Shown piece after piece: positions 8,322-19,025 of a stretch of 64,000 nt of DNA (positions are counted from its first letter, which is position 1; every line of letters starts with the position of its first letter). Source of the stretch: an uncultured Acidimicrobiia bacterium (GTDB lineage: Bacteria; Actinomycetota; Acidimicrobiia; IMCC26256; JAENVU01); NCBI GenBank assembly GCA_963801105.1, contig CAWDDH010000003.1:2992235-3056234 (forward strand), in the 5' to 3' direction. The position numbers and the translations under genes are program-made. The notes beneath the pieces are model-generated. The model saw only the letters and a program-made list of their open reading frames with translations. It made no database searches and had not been told where the DNA came from.

Positions 8322-10291
8322 CAGGTCCTCGGGGGGTGTACGTCGGTCGTGAGGGAGACCGGCGATGCTACTCCGGGCCCGAGCGGCGCCCACCGCCGCG
8401 TGTCGCCCCAGACCACCCGGTGGAACTCCTCGTACGGGGTCATCACCGCCACGGTGCCGTCCTGCACCCGGTAGTGGAGGTCCTGGCGGTAGAGAGGATG
8501 CGCCGCGGCGTCGGCCGCGGTGGTCCCCCGCCCGATCCCCAGCGTGATCGTGCCCACACCGTCGAGGCCGTACTCGTGGATGACACCGTCGGGACCGACC
8601 GGAGCCGCACCGGCGCGGACTCGCAGCTCCGCGGATGCGCCCCCCACCGCCGGCCAGCTGTTCACGACCTCGCCGAACATGCGCGCGTACAACCGTGCCC
8701 CCGCCGGCAGCCGGCCGCCACGAACACTCGTACGCAACACGACCGAACCCCCCTGCACCACGCGTATCGGGGTGAGCGTCACTTCCGGCGTCTCCGGATG
8801 GTCGTTCGGCACCTGACCGTCCGGCGGGATGGACGTGCGCTGGAGAAACGGCCGGCGATCCGGGTACGCGTCCATGAGCGCGAAGTCACGCGCCCCGTGG
8901 TCCACCGCCCAGAGCACCGGCCCGTCGAGGTTCGGTCGGTTCGCCGAGAACGGGTTCAGGAACAGCAGGTAATCGCCCGCGCGCCACACGAAGACCAGCG
9001 AGTGCGCGGGCGCGGCCGCCGAACTGCGCTCCCACGGCAGCTGCGAACGGCTGATCCGCCGGTTGACGTCGATGCGGTCGATCGCGACCGGCACGGTCAC
9101 CACCACCATCGCCGCGACGATGCCGAGCGCGAACGAGCGCCGGGTGTCCCACCACCGCACGAGCTCGGACGCGCCGGCGATGGCCAGCACCGCGATGCAG
9201 GGGATGTAGTAGATCGGCCCGCTCAAGGGCATGGTCGCGGACGACACGAAGATGCCCCAGAAGAAGAAGTACCCGACGGGGAACGCGAGCCCGAGCGCGA
9301 TGAGGATCCGCGTCCCGAAGTCGGCCCGCTCCCGCCAGAGTCGCCACGCGGCGAGCCCGGCCAGGACGTAACCGCCCCCCAGGAACAGCGGCAGCAGCGC
9401 GACCTGCTTGATCGAGCTGCGGAGACCCTGGAGCACGCCGTAGTCCGCGGCGCGGAAGGTCGGCATGATGCGCCGCTTCCCGAATCCGAACGTGTCGAGC
9501 GCGTCGGCCGCGGTGATCGGGAACTGCGTGAAGGCACCGGTGACGTGCCGGTTGTACAGCAGGGTCGCGACCACGAGCGGGGCGAAACCGAGCGCGAGCA
9601 TCAGCCCCGGCCGGATCAGGCCACGCACGTTCCGTCGCTGCTCCCACACGATGAGGAGCACGACCGCGGCGCCCCACAGCACGGCGTCGAACGGTCGGGT
9701 CATGAAGATCCATCCGAGGAGCAGCCCGCCGACGACGAGGCGCACCCAGCCGCTCCTGCGGACGCCCGAAATCGTGGCCGTCGCGAAGAGCAGCCCGAGA
9801 CCGAGGGTGAAGAGGTATCCGAGGTAGACGCCGCCCTGGATCGGCAGGATGGGCGACAGCAGCATCACGACCGCCGCGACCCTGGCCACGCGCTCCTCGC
9901 CGGTGAGGACGCGCGTCAGGAGGAAGGTGCCGAGCACGGTGAGGGCCGCGCCGAGCGCAATCGCCGCGTCGGGCGAGCCGAACACCACATCGCCCGCGAG
10001 GAGCACGAGGGGCCAGCCGAGGGTGTACTGGGAGAAGAAGGAGTGATCTCGGAGCCCGGCCAGCCAGGGGTGGAAGAACTGTGGGAAGCCGCCGGTCGGT
10101 GACGTGATCTGGCCCGCCCGGAGGCCCGCGACCTGCCAGAGGTAGACCGGCTCGTCGCGATTCCAGCTGTACGCCGGGAACACGAGGTGGCGTGAGAGCA
10201 GCGCGACGGCGACACCCGCGAGCGGCAGGCCGACGAGCCACCAGGAGAACCCCGGCCCGCGTGACGATGTCGACGCGCGCGAATCCCCCAC
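8321..10291 (-). CDS. GT-C-type (ArnT/PMT-like) membrane glycosyltransferase with C-terminal extracytoplasmic domain
   Basis: Derived from track ORF 8321..10423. The start is tentatively GTG 10291, because the next gene on the + strand starts at 10384. It has a first-loop acidic motif (SWNRDEPVYLW), more than 10 TM segments, and a soluble tail of about 230 aa. Confidence 0.65.
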   Translation of the reverse strand: MGDSRASTSSRGPGFSWWLVGLPLAGVAVALLSRHLVFPAYSWNRDEPVYLWQVAGLRAGQITSPTGGFPQFFHPWLAGLRDHSFFSQYTLGWPLVLLAGDVVFGSPDAAIALGAALTVLGTFLLTRVLTGEERVARVAAVVMLLSPILPIQGGVYLGYLFTLGLGLLFATATISGVRRSGWVRLVVGGLLLGWIFMTRPFDAVLWGAAVVLLIVWEQRRNVRGLIRPGLMLALGFAPLVVATLLYNRHVTGAFTQFPITAADALDTFGFGKRRIMPTFRAADYGVLQGLRSSIKQVALLPLFLGGGYVLAGLAAWRLWRERADFGTRILIALGLAFPVGYFFFWGIFVSSATMPLSGPIYYIPCIAVLAIAGASELVRWWDTRRSFALGIVAAMVVVTVPVAIDRIDVNRRISRSQLPWERSSAAAPAHSLVFVWRAGDYLLFLNPFSANRPNLDGPVLWAVDHGARDFALMDAYPDRRPFLQRTSIPPDGQVPNDHPETPEVTLTPIRVVQGGSVVLRTSVRGGRLPAGARLYARMFGEVVNSWPAVGGASAELRVRAGAAPVGPDGVIHEYGLDGVGTITLGIGRGTTAADAAAHPLYRQDLHYRVQDGTVAVMTPYEEFHRVVWGDTRRWAPLGPGVASPVSLTTDVHPPRT

Positions 10292-10383
10292 CGCGGCCAA
10301 TCTATCGGTGGACCGGGGGAAACCTGCGGAGCCGGGAGGGCGCGAAGGCCCGCGAACCGCGCCCGAGTACGATCCCTCCCTGC

Positions 10384-13300
10384 ATGGCGCAGATCGCAGC
10401 CGGGAAGCCCCTCGGCAGGTCACGCCTCCCGGCTGCGGACGTCGTGGTGCTGACGCTCCTGGCCTACGTGCCGTTCCTCTTCTCCTCCCCCGGGAAGCTG
10501 AGCAGCGACACCAAGCAGTACCTCTACCTCGACCCCGGACGGTTCCTGACCCGGGTGCCCTGGCTGTGGGACCCGCACGTGGCCGCGGGCACGGTCCCGC
10601 ACCAGCAGATCGGCTACCTGTTCCCGATGGGTCCGTACTACTGGGTCCTCGATCGCGTCGGCGTGCCGGACTGGATCGCGCAGCGCATCTGGCTGGGCAC
10701 CATCTCCGTCGTGGCCGCTCTGGGCGCGCGCTGGCTCTTCCGCGAGTTGGGGATCCGGCGGGTCGGGGCGATGGCCGGGGCGATCGTGTACGTGCTCACG
10801 CCCTACCAGCTGGCGTTCACCGCCCGCATGTCGGTCCTCCTGCTCCCGTGGGCGGCGCTCCCCTGGATCGTCGGGCTCGCGATGCGCGCCACGCGCCGCG
10901 GCGGGTGGCGCGACCCGGCGGCGATCGCGCTGATCCTGCTCGTGATCGGCGGGGTGAACGCGTCCGCGCTGCTCCTGATGGGGATCGCGCCGGCGCTGTG
11001 GATGGTCATGGAGTGCTGCGCGGGGCGCGAGCGCGCCCGGGCCGCGCTCGGGGCGTCGGCGCGGATCGCGGTCCTCGGGCTCGGCGTCTCGCTCTGGTGG
11101 GTCGCCGGGCTCTGGCTCCAGGGCTCGCAGGGGCTGCCGGTCCTGGCGCTCACCGAGAACGTGCAGACCGTGTCCACCGCCTCGTCGCCGGCTGACGTCC
11201 TGCGCGGGCTCGGGAACTGGTTCTTCTACGGGCGCGACGCCTCGGGCTACTCACTGGTCCAGACCCAGGCGTACCTCTCGAGCCGGGTCGTCGTGACGGC
11301 CAGCTTCCTCGTACCCGCGCTCGGACTCCTCGCGGGAGTGCTCGTGCGCTGGCGCCACCGCGCCTACTTCGCCGCGTGCGTGATCGTCGGCACGATCATC
11401 GGCGTGGGGGCCTGGCCCTACGAGGACTCCACGCCGTACGGCCACCTCTGGCGCTCCTTCACCAGCGCCACTGCGATCGGGCTGGCGCTCAGGAACAGCC
11501 CGCGGGTGGTCCCGATGGTCGTCCTCGGGATCGCCGGGCTCCTGGCCGCCGGCGTCGCGGCCCTGCCGCCGGTGCGGGTCCGGGTCCTCGGCGCGGCCGG
11601 GATCGTCGGCCTCGCGATCCTCGCCCTGCTCCCCGTGTGGCAGCACGGGTTCCTGAGCCCCGGTGTCGAGCGACCCGAGCACGTGCCGGCCTACTGGACC
11701 GACGCGGTCCGGGCGATGGACCGGGGGAGCCACACGACCCGCATCCTGGAGATCCCCGGCTCGAGCTTCGCCACCTACCGCTGGGGCAACACCGTCGAGC
11801 CGATCACGCCCGGGCTCACCAGCCGTCCGTATCTCGCCCGAGAGGTCCTCCCCTACGGATCACTGGCCTCGGTGAACCTCCTCGACGCGTTCGACCGGCG
11901 CCTGCAGAACGGCAGCTTCGAGCCGGCGACCGTCGCGCCGCTCTCCCGGCTGTTCGGCGTCGGCACGGTCGCCCTGCGCAGTGACCTCGCGTACGAGCGC
12001 TCCGGGTCACCGCACCCCCGCGTCGTCTGGGCGGCGCTCACCGATCCGCTCGCGCCGGGGATCACCGGGCCACGCGCGTTCGGGCCACCGTCACCGGACC
12101 TCGCGCCCAACCCGGACGGCATCGACCTGCGCCTCGGCGCCGACACGACCGATCCTCCGCCCGTCGCGCTCTTCGGCGTGCGGGATCCGTTGCCGATCGT
12201 GCGCACGGCACCGGACCGGGACCCCGTCCTCCTGAGCGGCGACGGCGACGGGATCGTCGACCTCGCGGCCGCCGGTCTGATCGACGGACGCGAGCGGCTG
12301 CTCGAGCTCGCCTCGCTCGACCGGACCGCGGTGGGCCACGCGCTCGACACCGGCGCCGCGCTCGTGCTCACCGACTCCAACCGGCGCCGGATCACCTCCT
12401 ACTTCTCGTCGATCCGCGACACGAAGGGCGCGACCGAACGCGCCGGGCACACCACGCACGACGTCAACGGCTACGGCACGGCCGTCGACCCGTTCCCGGG
12501 CTCCGGCGACGGGAGCCGTACGGTCGTCGAGCAGCGCGGCGCGACCGTGTCGGCGACCGCCGACGGCGGACCGGCGCGCCCCGAGGACCGCGCCGCGGCG
12601 GCGTTCGACGGCGAGCTCCGCACGTCCTGGCGCGTCGGCGGACCCGACCCCACCGGCGAGGCGATCACCGTCCACCCCGACCGACCGGTGCGAACCGGCC
12701 ACGTGGACCTCGTCCAGCCGCTCGACCTCCCGCGCGACCGCTGGATCACCCAGGTGCGGATCACGGTCAATCACGGGACGCCCTTCCTCGCCGACCTCGG
12801 CGATGCCTCCTTCACCACTGCCGGCCAGCGCGTGCAGTTTCCCCGGACCACCGTGCGCTCGCTCCGGATCGAGATCGCCGCGACGCACGACCCCCCGTTC
12901 GACCCACAGTTCGCGAACGCGGTGGGCTTCGCCGAGATCCGGCTCGGACACGTCCGCGTGCACGAGACCGTCCGCCTGCCCGTGGATCTCGTTCGCCGGA
13001 TCGGGACGGACGCCGGTGGTCACTCGCTCGCCGTCGTGATGACCCGTCTGCGCCAGGAGACCGCGACCGGTGGCCGCCACGACGAGGAGCTCGCCCTCGA
13101 CCGGCGGTTCGTCCTCCCCGATGCCCGCACCTTCACCCTCGGGGGGACGGCACGCATCGACCCGGACGCGCCCGGACCGACGATCGACCAGGTGCTCGGC
13201 ACCGCGGTCCCGGGCGTCGAGTTCAGCGCCTCGAGCCATCTCACCGGCGACCTGGACGCCCGTGCGTCGCGTGCGTTCACCGGTGATCCGTCCACGGCCT

Positions 13301-14616
13301 GGACGAGCGGCTCGGGACCGCAGACCGGACAGTGGATCCAGGCGACGACCACCACGCCCGTGACAGCGTCGCGCGTGACGCTCGACGTCCTCGTCGACGC
13401 GCGCCATTCCACGCCTCGCCACCTCACCCTCCTGGCCGACGGCCGCGAGGTCGCGCACGCGGACGTCGCGCCCCCGGCCGATGCCTCCGACGCCGTCGTC
13501 CCGACGGCCGTCCCCGTCGAGCTCACCTTCCCGGCCACCACCGCGCGGTCCTTCCGCGTTCTCGTGGACGCCGCGGACGCCCCGGCCGCCACGCCGGACG
13601 CCGCGGCCGCCACCACTCCGCCCGTGTCGTTCGGGCTTATCGCCATCCCCGGCGTGCCGGCCGCGCCCGTGATCGGCACCGTCTCGACGGCGTGCCGCGC
13701 CGGCCTGGTGCGCGTCGACGGCCGGGACCGTCCGGTCCGCATCACCGGTTCGGCCGCGGACGCACGCACCGGCCTGACGCTCGAGCTCTGCGACGGACCG
13801 CTCACGCTCGGCCGCGGCAGCCACACGATCGACACCACGCGCGGCTGGGACACCGCGGTGGACGTCGACCGCGTGGTCCTGACCTCGGGTGACGACGGTG
13901 GGGCATCGCCGACCGGGCGTCTCGTCAGCGCAACCTCCACCGGAACCACCGTGCACGTCCGGGACGCCGGTTCGACGCACGCTCGCCTGACGGTCCGCAC
14001 CGACGGCCGCCCGTTCTGGCTCGTCATGGGCCAGAGCCACAACGACGCCTGGCGAGCGACCGCGGACGGCCACGCGCTCGGCGCGCCCTCGCTCGCCGAC
14101 GGCTACGCGAACGCCTGGCTGGTCCACCCCGAGCACGCAGGAGTGATGACCATCACGCTGGACTGGCCACCCCAGCGCGTGGTCTGGATCGCGCTCGCCC
14201 TGAGCAGCGTCGCCGTGCTCACCTGCCTCGGCATCCTGTTCCTGGCCTGGCGGCGCCGGCGGGCGACGCCCGTCCGCCTCGCCGACGAGCCCGTCCTCGC
14301 GATGCCGTGGACGGCACCAGGACCCACCTTGTCCGCGACCACGACCGTGCTCGTGACCGGGGTGACGCTCGCGGTCGCCGCACTCGTCGCTCCGGTCGAG
14401 ATGGCACTCGGCGCGGCCGCGGCGGCCGCGCTCGCAGCCCGACTCCCGGCGACCCGGCCGTGGCTCGGTGCCGCCGCGGCGCTCGCGCTGCTCGGCGCGC
14501 GGATCGGCCACCGCCCCGAGTTGGGCTGGCTCGCGCTCGGGCTCTTCGGCGCGGCAGTGCTGGTCACGGGCATCACCGACCGCGTGGCCACCACGCGAAG
14601 CGCTCCGCCGGACTGA
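10384..14616 (+). CDS. aftD: AftD-like alpha-(1->3)-arabinofuranosyltransferase family protein (GT-C, DUF3367-type), about 1410 aa
   Basis: ATG 10384 (MAQIAAGK) lies within track ORF 10192..14616. The N-terminal strings DTKQYLYLDPGRFL, WDPHVAAGTVPHQQIGYLFPMGPYYW and VPDWIAQRIWLG are as I recall for AftD-family proteins. The large soluble middle contains FDGELRTSWR- and FTGDPSTAWT-type discoidin/CBM-like motifs, followed by a C-terminal TM bundle. Confidence 0.7.
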   Translation: MAQIAAGKPLGRSRLPAADVVVLTLLAYVPFLFSSPGKLSSDTKQYLYLDPGRFLTRVPWLWDPHVAAGTVPHQQIGYLFPMGPYYWVLDRVGVPDWIAQRIWLGTISVVAALGARWLFRELGIRRVGAMAGAIVYVLTPYQLAFTARMSVLLLPWAALPWIVGLAMRATRRGGWRDPAAIALILLVIGGVNASALLLMGIAPALWMVMECCAGRERARAALGASARIAVLGLGVSLWWVAGLWLQGSQGLPVLALTENVQTVSTASSPADVLRGLGNWFFYGRDASGYSLVQTQAYLSSRVVVTASFLVPALGLLAGVLVRWRHRAYFAACVIVGTIIGVGAWPYEDSTPYGHLWRSFTSATAIGLALRNSPRVVPMVVLGIAGLLAAGVAALPPVRVRVLGAAGIVGLAILALLPVWQHGFLSPGVERPEHVPAYWTDAVRAMDRGSHTTRILEIPGSSFATYRWGNTVEPITPGLTSRPYLAREVLPYGSLASVNLLDAFDRRLQNGSFEPATVAPLSRLFGVGTVALRSDLAYERSGSPHPRVVWAALTDPLAPGITGPRAFGPPSPDLAPNPDGIDLRLGADTTDPPPVALFGVRDPLPIVRTAPDRDPVLLSGDGDGIVDLAAAGLIDGRERLLELASLDRTAVGHALDTGAALVLTDSNRRRITSYFSSIRDTKGATERAGHTTHDVNGYGTAVDPFPGSGDGSRTVVEQRGATVSATADGGPARPEDRAAAAFDGELRTSWRVGGPDPTGEAITVHPDRPVRTGHVDLVQPLDLPRDRWITQVRITVNHGTPFLADLGDASFTTAGQRVQFPRTTVRSLRIEIAATHDPPFDPQFANAVGFAEIRLGHVRVHETVRLPVDLVRRIGTDAGGHSLAVVMTRLRQETATGGRHDEELALDRRFVLPDARTFTLGGTARIDPDAPGPTIDQVLGTAVPGVEFSASSHLTGDLDARASRAFTGDPSTAWTSGSGPQTGQWIQATTTTPVTASRVTLDVLVDARHSTPRHLTLLADGREVAHADVAPPADASDAVVPTAVPVELTFPATTARSFRVLVDAADAPAATPDAAAATTPPVSFGLIAIPGVPAAPVIGTVSTACRAGLVRVDGRDRPVRITGSAADARTGLTLELCDGPLTLGRGSHTIDTTRGWDTAVDVDRVVLTSGDDGGASPTGRLVSATSTGTTVHVRDAGSTHARLTVRTDGRPFWLVMGQSHNDAWRATADGHALGAPSLADGYANAWLVHPEHAGVMTITLDWPPQRVVWIALALSSVAVLTCLGILFLAWRRRRATPVRLADEPVLAMPWTAPGPTLSATTTVLVTGVTLAVAALVAPVEMALGAAAAAALAARLPATRPWLGAAAALALLGARIGHRPELGWLALGLFGAAVLVTGITDRVATTRSAPPD

Positions 14617-14625
14617 GCCGGCTCA
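14614..14625. repeat. perfect 12-bp palindrome TGAGCCGGCTCA containing both stop codons of the convergent AftD paralogs
   Basis: Read directly: TGA at 14614-14616 (+ gene), TCA at 14623-14625 (stop of the - gene), with GCCGGC between them. Confidence 0.9.
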
Positions 14626-17600
14626 ATCCCGGCGCGGGCCGCGGTCCCGTCGTCGGCTCAGCACGATCTCGATCACCGCATCGGCCGCGAGCACGACGAT
14701 CGCCACCCACGCGATCGTGCGCGCCCGGAAGAAGAACGTCGGCCACTCGAAGATCGGCGGGAGGTGCCGGCGCGCCTGGCGGATCGCGATGTACCCGGCC
14801 GCGGCCGTCAGGAACACGGCGGGGACGAGCATCATCGCGGCACGGATCCGCGGCCGCACCATCGCCGCAACCACGAGGATCCCGAGCGCGACCCCCAGGA
14901 CGGGGCGGACCGCGACGGCGCCGAACGCAGCCATCACGATCCCGGTCGCGATCGCCGTGACGAGCCGGGCCCGCGACGGCCGCTCGTCCCACGGCCAGCG
15001 GAACGTCGGCACCGGATCGCCGGCGTCGAGGATCGCGGCCGCGGCACCGATCCGATCCCGGCGCGACGACGCCAGGACGATCCCGAGGCACAGGATGACC
15101 GAGACGATCGACAGGGCGAGCGACCGCTCCACCGTCCGCTCGGGGATCCACTCGAGCTCGATGGTCACGTTCGCGTGGTTCGTGCCGATGAGCCAGCCGT
15201 TGGCGTACCCGTCGACGAGGGTGGACTCGCCGAGCGAGCGACCCCCGACCGTGGCCCGCCAGCCCGCGTTCTGGCTCTGGCCGAGCACGAGCCAGAACGG
15301 ACCCTGCGCTCGGGTGACCTCGGCGGTGAGGCTCGCCCGACCCGATCGCACCACCTTCACGTGTGGACCCGCGGCCGGCCGCGTGCGCGCGATCGTCCCG
15401 GCGATCGCGAGATCCGGTCCCGGGCCGCCACCCGAGGCCGACGACCAGACGAGCCGGTCCACGTCGAGTCCGGTCGCCCCGCCCGGAGCGCTCGACGCGA
15501 CGTGGCGGCCCGCGCCGAGGGCGGTCCTCGGGGGTGCCGGCGGATCGTCACAGCGGGCGACGTGCACCGCGCCGAGCCGGACCGCGTCGGCCGTGGTGCC
15601 GACCAGCCGGACCGGCACCGGCACGCCGTCGACACCGAGGAGGTCCGAGCGGCAGGCCGTCGGCAGCTCGGCGGGCGGGGCGACCGGCGCGAGATCGCCG
15701 AAGCCGAGCTCCGCGATGCCGGCGGGCGTCTCGACGTCGCAGCCGCAGTCGTACTCACGCGTGAGCACGGGCCGGACCTTCGTGATCCGGATCCGGAACC
15801 GGTCGCCGGTCAGCGGCGCGAAGGATGCGGGCACGGCGACCGTGCCGTCCGGCGTGGTGACGTCCGCCGGCGGATCGAGCGGGACCCGCCGGCGCTCCCC
15901 CGCCCGGTTGTCGAGCACGATCTCGGTCGGGACCGAGTGGCGTCCGTCGGCCACCAGGGACAGGTCGAGGTGGTCGAGCGTCGTGGGCGTCCCCGGCGCG
16001 ACGTCGATCCAGGACCCGACGGCCTGCTTGAAGGGGGTCACCCACGCGGTGGTGGGATCGTGGTCGAGCGCCGCGGACCGCGCGCACCGCCGGCGCGTCC
16101 ACGAGCCGGGCGGACGAGTTCGCGACGACCGGGCCCTCGTAGCCGAGCGTCCGATCGATCTCGCTGTCGGTCCGGTTGCGCGCGAGCCGGACATCGGCAC
16201 CGACCGCGAAGGTCCGGGCGGTGGGCAGCGTGAACTGACGCGTCAAGGACGGCTCGGGGTCGGTGCGGCTCGGGGCCGGGAGCACCCGGTCCCGGCTCAT
16301 GAGGAGCACGAGCGGGTGGTCGGCCGATGCCCCCTTCGCCACCCGCAGCAGGTCGCCCGGCATCCGCACGATCTCGTGCACGACGACCGGCGCAGCCCCG
16401 GCGGCCTCGTCGCGCAACCGGATCTCGCCGAAGCCGACGGGGCTGAGACCGCCGAACATGATCTGCTCACCCACGTTGGTCCCTCGCACCTCGACCTCGA
16501 AGGACCGGAACGTCCGGCGCGGGAACGTCACGGTCTGACCCGCGGACGTGCGAGACGTGTCCCCGAGGCTCACGTCGGTCGGGTGGCCGCCGTCGAAGCG
16601 CAGGGTGGCCGACGTGATGAAGCGGTCGTTGGGCGCGGTCAGCACCTGCACGAGGTTCACGTGGTCGGTCGTGATCGGATGGTCGAGCACGATCCGGATC
16701 CGGTCGCCCTTCACCTCGTCGAACTGGCCCGTGCGCCACGCGGTGAGCGGATCGCCGTCGAAGGCCCGGGTCGGGCGGCCCTCGGGCGTGTAGGTGATCG
16801 GGTTGCCGTAGTCGTTCGCCCGGACGCTCTTCGCTCCCTTCAGGATCGTCTCGGTCTGGGCGTCCGCCGGCGCGTCGGGGAAGAGCTCGAGCCGCGCGTC
16901 CGACTCGTCGACGCTCAACGGGTGGGTACCGGGCCCCTCGGTGAAGCCGGCGGTCTCGGTCAGGGTGCTCCAGCGCCGCCCGCGGTCGCGGTTGCTGTCG
17001 GTGACCACGAGCGTGGATCCCCTCGCGATCTGGGCCCGCAGCGCCGCGGGGTCCTTCCCGAACGTGGCGGAGTAGACGAGCAGCGGGTTGCCGGCCAGGA
17101 GCCCGGCCTCGGACGCGTCGACGACTCCGTCGCCGTCGCCGGCCATCACGATCGGCCGGCGCACGGACGCGCTCCGGACGATCCTGGCCGGCCGATCGAC
17201 ACCGAAGATCGCGACGGGCGGTGGCAGCGCGAGGCTCGGATCGGCCAGCAGCGCCTGCTCGTCGAGGAACGGGTACTCGGTGCTCTGGGACGACGTCGGG
17301 CGCCCGAAGGTCTGCGGGCCGGAGAGCCCGGTCGGCGTCGGCGTGAACAGATCCCACGTGAAGAGCGGTCGCAGGAGGCGGTAGCGCTCGAACTGGATGT
17401 CGTTGCGCAACGTGACGTCGCCGACGCTCATCAGCCGCGCCAGCGGCGCGATCGCGTCCGGCGTGAGCTTGCGGTCCTGGAGGCGCAGGTCGAACGCATT
17501 GAGCAAGTTCGCCGACGCCGGTGACCCGTACGGGATCAGCTCGCGCGCGACGTAGGGACGGTCGATGATCCCCGGTGTGATCGGGTCGACGGTCTGGCCC

Positions 17601-19025
17601 CACCGGTAGGAACCGAAGTCCGACCCCGGGACCTCGAGCACCCGGGTGGCATCGCCCCCGGCGTCCATGGCGCGGGCCGCGTCGGTCCAGTACTTCGGGA
17701 GGCCCTCGGGCCGCTGCAGGTTCCCGCCGTAGAACGCCGCCTGTCCAGAGCGCCGGGAGGTTGAGGAACAGCAATGCCCCGACGACGAGCGGGACGGCCA
17801 GGGCGAGTCGCGGCCGACGCCCGGCGCGCAGCCGCACCCAGGCCGCGGTGACCCCGGCGCCGATGAGCCCGGCCAGGCCGAGGACGACGAGCGGCACCGC
17901 CCGGCCGGTGCTGCGGAGCGCGAACGCGACGGTCGACCCGCGCGCCAGCCACTTGAACAACGCGCCGATCGGCGTCGGACTGTCGTAGGGGTGCGCTCCG
18001 ACGGCCACCACCGCGCCGAGCACCAGGACGGCAACGAAGTAGACGCGATGACGCCACCGCACGAGCGCCGCCGCGACCAGCGCGAGGACCGGGACCGCGT
18101 AGGACACCAGGATCAGCGCCGGCCGCTGGGTGTAGGCGGTGCTCGCCTCGATCCACGGTCCCAGCCGGTCGCGCCCGTAGAAGAACCAGTACCCGAGCCC
18201 CCGGAGCACCTCGTTCGGCATCGTGGTCCGTGAGACCACCCGCAACGTCTCGGTGTACTTCAGGATGTCGAGCCCGTACGCACCCTGGGCCCAGAGTCCC
18301 GAGATCCACCAGGCCGACGCGCCGATCGAGAGCACGCCGATCTTCGCCATGACGCCGAGCGCCCGGCGCAGCCGCACCTCGCGGGTGACGAAGACCGCGT
18401 ACGGGATCCAGAGCAGCGGTCCGAGCCCGGCGAACACGAGCGCGGTCACGTTCACGCTGCCGATGACCTGGACGACGAGCGCGAAGAGCGCCGCGTGGCG
18501 CCATCCCCCGCGTCGCAGCGCGCGGATCAGCAACGCGAGCATCCACGGCAGTCCGGCCCAGGGCAGCAGCAGCACCGACAGCCGGCCGGCGTATTCGAGC
18601 CAGTAGGGCGAGAGCATGAACACCAGCGCGCCGACCGGCGCTCCGGGTCCGGTCAGGCGCAGCGTCCGGAACAGGAAGAGAACGCCGAGTGCCGCGGCGA
18701 GCAGGATGCTGCCGAGCCAGAGGCGCTGCGCGACCCAGTCGGGAACGCCCAGGCGGTCCAGGCTCCAGTAGTACGGACCCATCGGGAACAGGTAGCCGAT
18801 GTTCTGGTGGGTGACGGTGCCCATGCCGATGTTCGGGTCCCACATCGACCACGCGCGGGCGAGCACGCGACCCGGGTCGAGATAGAGGTACTGCTTGGTA
18901 TCCGCGACGACCCGTCCGGGGTGCGCGAGCAACACCGGGACGTACACGAGCGCGGCCAGCGCCGCGTAGCCGAGTCGGCGGAGACCGGTCGTGCTGTGGG
19001 ACTCGTCGTGGTTCGTGACGATCAC
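14623..19025 (-). pseudogene. second AftD-like GT-C paralog, interrupted by two +1 frameshifts (pseudogene or assembly errors)
   Basis: Three track ORFs carry consecutive parts of one AftD-like protein. ORF 16467..19025 has the N-terminus with DTKQYLYLDPGRVL and WDPNIGMGTVTHQNIGYLFPMGPYYW. ORF 15755..18034 has the middle (LPKYWTDAARAMD...). ORF 14623..16200 has the C-terminus (DHDPTTAWVTPF...). The frame switches are near 17744 and near 16085. The whole is collinear with 10384..14616. The GTG start at 19025 makes a GTGA overlap with the upstream stop. Confidence 0.8.

Noticed and set aside
16236-16245. Palindromes of the TGACGCGTCA type (16236-16245). Near-copies are CTGACGCGTCG at about 19290 and about 26408, and GACGTCGACGTC at 62382-62393.
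   Set aside because: Most are inside coding sequence, and their spacing differs from the CTGAC-N5/6-GTCAG set. GC-rich CG-containing palindromes are common by chance. Only 62381-62394 (intergenic, upstream of the MaoC-N gene) might be related to the set, and I did not count it.
16085-17744. Programmed ribosomal frameshifting as an explanation for the +1 frame changes in the AftD paralog and other genes.
   Set aside because: I saw no shared slippery heptamer or stimulatory structure at the junctions. The events occur in unrelated genes and sometimes four times within 250 bp. Indels, whether real or artefactual, are the simpler explanation.
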